A stretch of DNA of 32,000 nucleotides, from the NCBI RefSeq assembly GCF_001465295.1, contig NZ_CP011034.1:2700001-2732000 (forward strand). The letters run 5' to 3'. This stretch comes from Pseudoalteromonas translucida KMM 520 (GTDB lineage Bacteria; Pseudomonadota; Gammaproteobacteria; Enterobacterales; Alteromonadaceae). The position numbers were made by a program, and so were the translations under genes. The notes below the pieces were generated by a model, which worked only from the letters and a program-made list of their open reading frames with translations, ran no database searches and was not told the origin of the DNA. Shown here piece by piece: positions 24,965-32,000 of the stretch. The first letter of the stretch is position 1. Each line of letters opens with the position of its first letter.

Positions 24965-27031
24965 ATGAAACGCCATTATTTACCCTCTTTGCTGTTACTC
25001 TCTCAGCTGCCACTTATAGCCATTGCCAAGCAAAATGATGCTCAGCCAATTGAGCTCATAACAACCACTGCGTCGCGTGTTGAGGCGCTTAGTACAAAGT
25101 TACCCGTAATAATTAGCGTGCTCAATGAGGCACAATTAAATGCCATTGCCCCCACGCATATTGAAGAAGCCATGCAAAGAGTCGCTGGCGCGAATATACA
25201 ACGTGGTAATGGGCAAGAGTATTTACCCGCACTACGCTCGCCTGTTTTATCCGGTGCAGGTGCCTGTGGTGGTTTACTCACACTTGAGGATGGTATTGCG
25301 CTAAGAGCAGCTGGGTTTTGTAATATAAACGAGTTGTTTGAAGCACATAGCGAAATGGCGCAGCGTATAGAGGTACTTAAAGGCCCAGGCTCTGCCCTGT
25401 ATGGCTCAAATGCGGTGCATGGGGTTATTAACGTGATCACCCCAGATACAACGCAAGATGGCGGCTTAATCGGGTTAGATTATGGCTCGTTTGGCTATAA
25501 CCGTTATAAATTACGTGCTGGCCACGATATGGGCAGCAGCGGGTTAGGTATTAACGCCAGCATTACCGACGACAGTGGCTATCGCGATGACGAAAGCGTA
25601 AAACAGCAAAAGGTAAACTTACGTCACCGGTATAACAATAGCGATTTAGCGCTTACCTCTGGGCTTACTTATACCCATTTAGATCAACAAACCGCAGGCT
25701 TTATTACCGGCTTTAAAAGCTATAAAGACGAGAGCATAGCCCAACAAAACTTTGATCCGGATGCGTTTAGAAAAGCACGTTCGTTACGAGTATGGAGTAA
25801 CGCGACTTGGCAGCTAAATGACGATACGCTCTCAACAACGGTGTATTTTCGTAACCAAAGTATGGACTTTTTTAAGCATTTTTTACCTGGTACGCCACTA
25901 GAGTACAACAGTCAAACCGGTGTGGGGCTACAGTCGCTTTATCAGCATCAGCTAGAGGATAATATTAAACTTAACGTTGGCTTAGATGGCGAATACACCC
26001 GCGCCGACTTTTTACAAAGTCAAAATAAGCCAACTCAAGGCTCAGCATTTTTAGTGGCTACAGTGCCCCAAGGTAAGCATTACGATTACGACGTAAATGC
26101 CACTTTATATGCACCTTTTGCCAGTGTCGATCTGCAATTAAACGATTGGTTAGTGACTGTTGGCGCTCGTTATGAGCACATGCAATACGACTACACTAAT
26201 AACATGTTAGCGGGGCGCACGAAAGAAGACGGTACAGAGTGCGGATTTGGTGGTTGCCGATATAGCCGCCCTGCAAGTACAAAAAATAATTTTAGTAACT
26301 TATCGCCAAAGCTTGGAGTTAGCTATCAGTACACTGTTAATAACCTGCTTTATGCTAACTTTTCGCGTGGCTACCGAGCACCACAAGCCGCCGAGCTATA
26401 TCAGTTACAACGCCAGCAAAGCACCACTAATTTAAGTGCCGAAATAGCTAATAATGCTGAGTTTGGCTTAAAAGGCGTTTATCAAAATAGTCGTTATAAT
26501 TTATCGGTTTATGCTATGAGTAAGCACCATGCTATTTACCGCGACAGCGACTTTTTTACCGTTAATAATGGCAGTTCGCGCCACCGTGGGGTTGAGCTTG
26601 AACTTGAGCATGCTCTTACCTCAGCTTGGTCAGTTAACTTTGCCGCCAGTTATGCCAAACATAGTTATACTAATGAGCAAATACTCAATAATATCAATAT
26701 TAAAGGTAATGATGTTGATACCGCGCCGCGTAAAATTGCCAACTTAGATTTAACCTGGCAGGCGTTTAATAACGCCAATGTGGCGCTGCAATGGCATCAT
26801 GTTGGCCGTTACTATACCGACCCTGAAAACTTACACAGTTATGACGGGCATGACATTTTAAGTTTACGAGCACAGTGGCAAGTAACAAATAACTTAGCGC
26901 TTGCCGCGCATATTATTAACCTAACCGATACCGCTTATGCCGAGCGCGCCGATTACACTAGCTTTACCGGCGACCGCTACTTTCCAGGGCGGCCACGTAA
27001 CGCCATGATCTCGGCAACTTATAGCTGGTAA
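24965..27031 (+). CDS. TonB-dependent outer-membrane receptor
   Basis: Signal peptide, plug region (IEVLKGPGSALYGSNAVHGVINVIT), long beta-barrel repeats and a terminal aromatic residue (...ISATYSW). Confidence 0.9.
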   Translation: MKRHYLPSLLLLSQLPLIAIAKQNDAQPIELITTTASRVEALSTKLPVIISVLNEAQLNAIAPTHIEEAMQRVAGANIQRGNGQEYLPALRSPVLSGAGACGGLLTLEDGIALRAAGFCNINELFEAHSEMAQRIEVLKGPGSALYGSNAVHGVINVITPDTTQDGGLIGLDYGSFGYNRYKLRAGHDMGSSGLGINASITDDSGYRDDESVKQQKVNLRHRYNNSDLALTSGLTYTHLDQQTAGFITGFKSYKDESIAQQNFDPDAFRKARSLRVWSNATWQLNDDTLSTTVYFRNQSMDFFKHFLPGTPLEYNSQTGVGLQSLYQHQLEDNIKLNVGLDGEYTRADFLQSQNKPTQGSAFLVATVPQGKHYDYDVNATLYAPFASVDLQLNDWLVTVGARYEHMQYDYTNNMLAGRTKEDGTECGFGGCRYSRPASTKNNFSNLSPKLGVSYQYTVNNLLYANFSRGYRAPQAAELYQLQRQQSTTNLSAEIANNAEFGLKGVYQNSRYNLSVYAMSKHHAIYRDSDFFTVNNGSSRHRGVELELEHALTSAWSVNFAASYAKHSYTNEQILNNINIKGNDVDTAPRKIANLDLTWQAFNNANVALQWHHVGRYYTDPENLHSYDGHDILSLRAQWQVTNNLALAAHIINLTDTAYAERADYTSFTGDRYFPGRPRNAMISATYSW

Positions 27032-27813
27032 ACATCCAGATCGCTCATGTAACGCATGGGCGATTTTTTCATTACTTTTTTAAACATAGTAATAAACGCA
27101 CTCACCGACTCATAACCTAATAGCTCCGATACTTGCTGCACACTTTGCTGATTAGACAACGCCTGCAGTGCAATTATAATATGCAATTGAGTGCGCCATT
27201 TTCCAAAGGTCATACCGGTTTCTTTTTTTATTAACCGCGCTAAAGTACGCTCAGTTAAAGCAAATTGCTGTGCCCATTGTGGCAGTGTTTTGCGGCTATA
27301 AGGCTGACTAATAAGCTGATTACTCATATTTTTAATGACACTATTTTTTGATAGTACAAAGTCTAAAGGTTGAATTGGCATATCTACCAGCTGATCAAAT
27401 AATACCTGTGCAAGCCGCGCGGTTTTACCCGTTAAGCTATAGTTTTGCTGATTACTTGCCAAACTAAGCATTAACTCTTTTATTAATGGGCTAATGGTTA
27501 ATGTACAGGCTGTACTTGGCATACCTTGTAAATTTGCATCAATAAATAAATGGCATAAATGCGCATTATCAGATGCTCTATTACTGTGCTCAACATTTGC
27601 CGGGATCCAAATGGCACTATGCGTAGGCACCATCCACATTTTTGTTGCCACTTCACAGGTAACATAACCGTGTAGGGCTAAAATTAACTGTCCTTTTGGA
27701 TGGGTATGCAGCGGAATTTCACGGCTAAGCTGGGCATATTCTATTTTAGCTATAACCGGCTGCGGCATGATTTCAAAGTTTTTTATTTCATTCCAATCTT
27801 GGGGTAGCTGCAT
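27019..27813 (-). CDS. AraC family transcriptional regulator (cupin + HTH), NimR/YeaM-like
   Basis: N-terminal cupin-like HTHPKGQLILALHG and C-terminal AraC HTH (QVSELLGYESVSAFITMFKK). Divergent from a CynX/NimT-type MFS gene, like E. coli yeaM-yeaN. Confidence 0.85.
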   Translation of the reverse strand: MQLPQDWNEIKNFEIMPQPVIAKIEYAQLSREIPLHTHPKGQLILALHGYVTCEVATKMWMVPTHSAIWIPANVEHSNRASDNAHLCHLFIDANLQGMPSTACTLTISPLIKELMLSLASNQQNYSLTGKTARLAQVLFDQLVDMPIQPLDFVLSKNSVIKNMSNQLISQPYSRKTLPQWAQQFALTERTLARLIKKETGMTFGKWRTQLHIIIALQALSNQQSVQQVSELLGYESVSAFITMFKKVMKKSPMRYMSDLDVYQL

Positions 27814-27894
27814 TTTGTCTGTTTTTAGTTATTTAATGTCTCTTTTACTAAATTATAGTGATGACTTAGCCTTTATACTAGTCTCTATTGCTTC

Positions 27895-29121
27895 TTGCTA
27901 AATAACCAACCTGCTAGGACGTTTACCTTGTTAACTCAACAATCTCAATCTCGCTTATCTTACGCATTATTAGTACTGGGTATTTTACTTATTGCCAGTA
28001 ACTTACGTGCGCCAGTGACTGGTTTAGCCCCCGTGCTGGACCAAATAATTCTTAGTTTTAATTTAAGCGCATCACAAGCCGGTATGCTTACCACCTTACC
28101 GTTAATTGCATTTGCTTTAGCAAGCCCATTAGCCACTAGTTTAGCTAAAAGGCAAGGCTTAGAAGTATCGCTATTTATTGCCCTTATTTTAATTGGCTTA
28201 GGCTTAGCATCACGCATGATCGATTCTGTGCCGGTACTTTATTTAGGCACTGCCGTCATTGGGGTGGGTATTGCGATAGGAAATGTGCTGTTACCGAGTT
28301 TAATTAAGCGCGACTTTGCACACAAAGTAGCAGTAATGACATCGGCGTATGTGCTTGCTATGGGTATTTTTGGCGGTAGTTACTCGGCGTTAATTATTCC
28401 CCTTGCCGAATATAAACAAATGGGCTGGCAAATTGCTTTAGCCAGTTATGCGTTAATTACTTTAATAAGTTTATTTATTTGGTTACCGCAATTAAAGCTA
28501 CGCACTAAACCGACTAAAGATCTGGTTGAAAACACCGGCGACGTTAAAGTGTGGCGTCAAGCCCTTGCGTGGCAAATTACCTTACTGCTTGGCTGTAACT
28601 CATTATTTACTTATATAATTATTGGCTGGTTGCCGAGCATTTTAATAGACAGTGGCCACAGCGCACAACAAGCGGGTGCGCTGCAAGGCTCATTTCAGGT
28701 GGCCTCGGCTTTGCCCGGTATTATCTTAATTCCGTTATTAGCAAAACTAAAAGATCAGCGCGTACTCACCTTTGTTTTAGGAGTGTTGGCAAGCCTGTCG
28801 TCTATAGGACTGTTGTATATGCCAGACTATGCGTCTGTTTGGTCAATCACTATGGGGTTTTGCTCGGGCGCATGCTTTATATTGGGCTTGTCGTTTATTA
28901 GTTTACGTACTCACGACTCACATCAAGCTGCGGCGCTTTCTGGTATGGCTCAGTGTATTGGTTATTTACTTGCCGCTACTGGGCCTATTATTGCAGGTGC
29001 GCTACATAGTTATTTTGGTAACTGGGCATCTACGTTGTGGTTTTGCGCGGGTGCGAGCGCGCTGTGTGCAGTGTTTGGCTATCTAGGCGGGCGTAATATT
29101 ACTATGCGCAACAAAGCCTAA
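27895..29121 (+). CDS. MFS transporter, CynX/NimT (YeaN) family
   Basis: 12 hydrophobic segments. The N-terminal ILLIASNLRAPVTGLAPVL motif is typical of CynX-type MFS. There is no in-frame ATG near the N-terminus, so the start is TTG 27895 or TTG 27925 (uncertain). Confidence 0.8.
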   Translation: MLNNQPARTFTLLTQQSQSRLSYALLVLGILLIASNLRAPVTGLAPVLDQIILSFNLSASQAGMLTTLPLIAFALASPLATSLAKRQGLEVSLFIALILIGLGLASRMIDSVPVLYLGTAVIGVGIAIGNVLLPSLIKRDFAHKVAVMTSAYVLAMGIFGGSYSALIIPLAEYKQMGWQIALASYALITLISLFIWLPQLKLRTKPTKDLVENTGDVKVWRQALAWQITLLLGCNSLFTYIIIGWLPSILIDSGHSAQQAGALQGSFQVASALPGIILIPLLAKLKDQRVLTFVLGVLASLSSIGLLYMPDYASVWSITMGFCSGACFILGLSFISLRTHDSHQAAALSGMAQCIGYLLAATGPIIAGALHSYFGNWASTLWFCAGASALCAVFGYLGGRNITMRNKA

Positions 29122-29130
29122 GCGTTAATT

Positions 29131-29169
29131 AAAGGTGGGCTGTGTAATCATTACATTAGCCCACTTTTT
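29131..29169. terminator. Long compound hairpin terminator between the convergent MFS and RidA genes
   Basis: Outer stem GTGGGCT (29135-29141) / AGCCCAC (29158-29164) and inner stem TGTAAT-C-ATTACA, flanked by AAAG and TTTTTA. Confidence 0.75.
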
Positions 29170-29208
29170 AGAGCTAATTATTATTTAGCCCACTTTTATA
29201 TATTTAGC

Positions 29209-29649
29209 TTAAACAGCGCCAATACATTCAACCTCTACAACTGAGTTTAGTGCTAATGCTTTTACTGCAAATGCACTGCGTGCAGGATATGGCGGGGTAA
29301 AATATTCAGCATATATTTTATTAAACGTTTTAAAGTCATTTATGTCGGTTAGCATAACCGTACACTTTACTATGTTTTTCATGCTGTAATTATGCTGCTC
29401 TAGGGTGCTTTTTATATTTTCTAGCGTTTGCTTAGTCTCTGCTGCAAAACCTCCTTGTGCTAGTTTACCACTGCTTGTAAGCCCTATTTGACCCGACATA
29501 TACAAGGTATTATCGACCCTTACAATTTGCGAAAATGGTAAACTTGCTGAAGCCGTATTTAAGTGCTCAATATCACTGTTTTTTGCATTAGCAAAACCAC
29601 TGCTCAATACACTGGCGAATAAGGTAATTAATGTTATTTTTTTCATCAT
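29209..29649 (-). CDS. RidA/YjgF/L-PSP family protein with an N-terminal signal peptide
   Basis: Start at the tandem ATGs 29649/29646 (MMKKITLITLFASVLSSGFANA). The mature part has RidA blocks (YMSGQIGL...ENIKSTLE...VKCTVMLTDINDF...YPARSAFAV..LALNSVVEVECI). Confidence 0.8.
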   Translation of the reverse strand: MMKKITLITLFASVLSSGFANAKNSDIEHLNTASASLPFSQIVRVDNTLYMSGQIGLTSSGKLAQGGFAAETKQTLENIKSTLEQHNYSMKNIVKCTVMLTDINDFKTFNKIYAEYFTPPYPARSAFAVKALALNSVVEVECIGAV

Positions 29650-29653
29650 AAAC

Positions 29654-30067
29654 CTAATTTTTTGGGGTGGTGGCAAATGCAGGCACTTGCACTAAATCGT
29701 TCAGCCAACTAACGCTAGACTGACACCAAATTTGCGCTACTGGCGTAAACTCATCGCGTTGTTCAACCGCTCCTATTCTAAGGCCATATACACGGTCTTC
29801 TGTCGCTTCGTTGGTAGCATAAAGTGAGGTGCCACAATTGCCACAAAACCCTTGCGCACGTTTATTACCACTTTGCGCCGTTTTTATATATTCTTTAGGC
29901 TTACCTTGGGTAAAAGTAACGCCGTTAGGTTCACTCATTATTACCGCTCTAAATGGCCCGCTCGACATGCGTTGGCAATCACTACAGTGGCACACTAATA
30001 GCGTGTTACTTTGTGTTTTCGCTTGGTATTTTATGTCGCCGCAGTAACAGCTTCCAGTTATGTTCAT
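29654..30067 (-). CDS. GFA (glutathione-dependent formaldehyde-activating / CENP-V-like) family protein
   Basis: Cys pattern GSCYCG...CHCSDCQRMSSGPF...FCGNCGTSLY, typical of the zinc-binding GFA domain. Confidence 0.85.
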   Translation of the reverse strand: MNITGSCYCGDIKYQAKTQSNTLLVCHCSDCQRMSSGPFRAVIMSEPNGVTFTQGKPKEYIKTAQSGNKRAQGFCGNCGTSLYATNEATEDRVYGLRIGAVEQRDEFTPVAQIWCQSSVSWLNDLVQVPAFATTPKN

Positions 30068-30180
30068 TTTATATATCCATTATTTTTAACGAGCTCCACC
30101 TTTAACGGCGCTTCGCTATTACACGAGTTTTATATTAAAAGTGTACCTGCATAGCAATAAAACACCACAGCCTAAAGCAA

Positions 30181-30411
30181 TTATTTAGTGCCTCTAAATT
30201 TAGATAAATAGTGCTTAAACCAACTAAATAAATTAAAAAAGCGTGATTTAGCAACATGCTTACCAGCACTGTTTTTATTTAGCGCATCACGGCGCGCTTG
30301 CGCTATATTTGCTTTAGCAGCAAAGCGCAAGCGTTGCTCATTACTAAGATCGTTTTCAAAGTTAAGCTGTAACTTTTTTACCTCACGGCTACGTTTCATT
30401 GAACTACACAT
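30181..30411 (-). CDS. Small highly basic hypothetical protein
   Basis: 76-aa ORF with a GAGG RBS 7 nt upstream of ATG 30411. Lys/Arg-rich, with no family recognised. Confidence 0.4.
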   Translation of the reverse strand: MCSSMKRSREVKKLQLNFENDLSNEQRLRFAAKANIAQARRDALNKNSAGKHVAKSRFFNLFSWFKHYLSKFRGTK

Positions 30412-30506
30412 AGTACTACCTCAAAAAGGCTATTAACCTAATTAGTAGACAGGCTATGTGCGTTTTTTATTTCATAAAGTGTTCAATTCAGCACGTTTTT
30501 AACACT

Positions 30507-31769
30507 TTAAGCTAACTTAATAAGCCTAAATTGCTTTTTGCCTCGCTGTATTACCCAAAAACGATCAAACAGCGGAAAATCTAGCTGCGCGTGATCGTCT
30601 GTAATGGCCTCACCATTAATTTTAATCGCATTCGCGTTTATTAACTCACGCGCAGTACGCTTTGAGCTGGCCAGTTCACTTTTAACCAATAACTCAGCAA
30701 TATTTATTTGCGCGTCGCTAATTGCGTGCACGGCTAGCCCATCTTGCTCTAATTGCTCAAGCTCTGCCAAGGTGAGTGTTTGCACTTGGCCGTTAAACAA
30801 TAGTTGCGTAATGCGCTGCGCGCTTGCTAAGCCTTGTTCGCCATGTACAAAGCGGGTTAATTGCTCGGCTAAAATACCTTGCGCTTGAGGCTTTTGTTGG
30901 CTGGTAATGTCATTTGCTTCAATGGCTTCAATTTTTTTTACCGATAAAAAGGTGTAAAAACGCAAAAAGTTGTATACATCGGCATCGTCACAATTTAACC
31001 AAAATTGGTAAAAGCGATACGGTGAGGTTTTTTTCGGATCAAGCCAAATTGCGCCGCCTTCCGTTTTACCAAACTTAGTACCGTCTGATTTAGTAATAAG
31101 TGGCAAAGTTAATCCATACACAGTTTGCTTATTTAAGCGGCGGGTTAAATCAATCCCACTTACTATATTCCCCCACTGATCGTTGCCGCCAATTTGCACA
31201 CTACAACCCAGTTCGCTATTTAATTTAGCAAAGTCGTACGACTGCAATAAAGTGTAACTAAATTCAGTAAACGATAAACCTTGATCAGGGCGTTGCAAAC
31301 GTTGCTTTACCGACTCGCGGTTGATCATATTATTAATTGAAAAGTGCTTACCTACATCGCGAAAAAAATCTAACACTTCAATACCGCTAAACCAGTCGGC
31401 ATTATTTTTTAATTGAATTGGCTCGCTTAAATGCGGGTTCATTACACTCTCTACTTGTGAGCTTAGATCTGCTACCCAGCCTTGTACGGTTTCTTTACTG
31501 TTTAAACTGCGCTCGGTGGCTTTAAAGCTTGGATCGCCAATTAACCCAGTTGCGCCACCAATTAATGCCACCGCTTTATGGCCGGCATCATTAAATCGCT
31601 TTAGCATTAGCAAAGGTACTAAGTGGCCAATATGTAAACTGCCCGCGGTAGGATCAAAACCACAATACACAACTTGCGAGGTTGCTAATAACTGCTCAAG
31701 CTGCGCTAAATCGCTAACCTGAGAAACCAAGCCGCGATGTGTAATATCTTCCAGTAATTGTGTTGTCAT
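30507..31769 (-). CDS. tyrS: Tyrosine--tRNA ligase
   Basis: Collinear with E. coli TyrS: [19 protein letters not shown] (HIGH motif), [26 protein letters not shown] (KMSKS-type) and a C-terminal S4-like domain. Start moved to ATG 31769 (the track begins at an upstream GTG). Confidence 0.95.
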   Translation of the reverse strand: MTTQLLEDITHRGLVSQVSDLAQLEQLLATSQVVYCGFDPTAGSLHIGHLVPLLMLKRFNDAGHKAVALIGGATGLIGDPSFKATERSLNSKETVQGWVADLSSQVESVMNPHLSEPIQLKNNADWFSGIEVLDFFRDVGKHFSINNMINRESVKQRLQRPDQGLSFTEFSYTLLQSYDFAKLNSELGCSVQIGGNDQWGNIVSGIDLTRRLNKQTVYGLTLPLITKSDGTKFGKTEGGAIWLDPKKTSPYRFYQFWLNCDDADVYNFLRFYTFLSVKKIEAIEANDITSQQKPQAQGILAEQLTRFVHGEQGLASAQRITQLLFNGQVQTLTLAELEQLEQDGLAVHAISDAQINIAELLVKSELASSKRTARELINANAIKINGEAITDDHAQLDFPLFDRFWVIQRGKKQFRLIKLA

Positions 31770-32000
31770 TGTACTTTTCCCACACACATGTGTTAATTAG
31801 TTAGGGTAAAAATACTAATTAAAGCAGCTAAGCAACCATATATCCCTAAAGGGATAGAAAGTACTTTATATTAATCAGTTTAAGTAGAAGCGCCGTTTAA
31901 CGGTGTAAAAGTAGCATTAAAGCAAGGCAAGTGTTTATGCCAATAAACCTTATTCGCTAGTGATTAAGTGGTTTAAAAACAGCTGAAAAAACTCACTCAA

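Noticed and set aside
29155-29200. Direct repeat of TTAGCCCACTTTT (two copies about 28 nt apart), possibly a repeat element.
   Set aside because: The first copy is simply the 3' arm and U-tract of the MFS terminator hairpin. There are only two copies and no flanking inverted repeats or other mobile-element features.
31788-32000. Possible T-box riboswitch leader upstream of tyrS.
   Set aside because: No specifier-loop or T-box conserved sequence (AAnnnGGGTGGnACCGCG) is present, and T-boxes are not expected in gammaproteobacteria.
1-32000. Looked for mobile elements, defence islands, CRISPR arrays, tRNA/rRNA genes and large compositional shifts.
   Set aside because: No spacer exceeds about 285 bp. 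I saw no direct-repeat arrays, integrase, transposase or phage-like proteins, and no tRNA-like cloverleaf. Composition appears uniform by eye.

Overview
Gene-dense (about 90% coding), roughly 40% GC chromosomal segment. By gene content and protein sequences it looks like a marine gammaproteobacterium, Alteromonadales/Pseudoalteromonas-like; that assignment is inference only. I support about 31 CDS and no rRNA, tRNA, CRISPR array, transposase, integrase or phage gene, so this is mostly ordinary core genome. Left to right: HDOD protein (partial), DPP III-like lipoprotein peptidase, exported DUF442 phosphatase-like protein + HIT protein, DPP IV, sCache MCP, M17 aminopeptidase, LexA-boxed dinB, thioesterase, aldo-keto reductase, FAH-family hydrolase. 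Then comes a five-gene minus-strand signalling cluster: sigma-54 activator, 68-aa stand-alone DHp mini-protein, CHASE3 kinase, single REC, REC-HK-REC-REC hybrid kinase. After it: Nudix, YgjV, Crp/Fnr regulator, a Sad/YneI-like aldehyde dehydrogenase behind a well-spaced -24/-12 promoter match, membrane EEP hydrolase, histidine-rich exported protein, TIGR03643 protein, YoaK, TonB-dependent receptor, NimR/NimT-like AraC/MFS pair, exported RidA, GFA protein, small basic ORF and tyrS. The most unusual content is the signalling cluster: five receiver domains and two kinases, no recognisable HPt domain, and a tightly packed mini-gene encoding only a His-containing dimerisation/phosphoacceptor hairpin. 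Second is a candidate sigma-54 promoter with an upstream dyad 2.1 kb away that may be its output. All calls come from reading the translations and DNA by eye; no database search was run.
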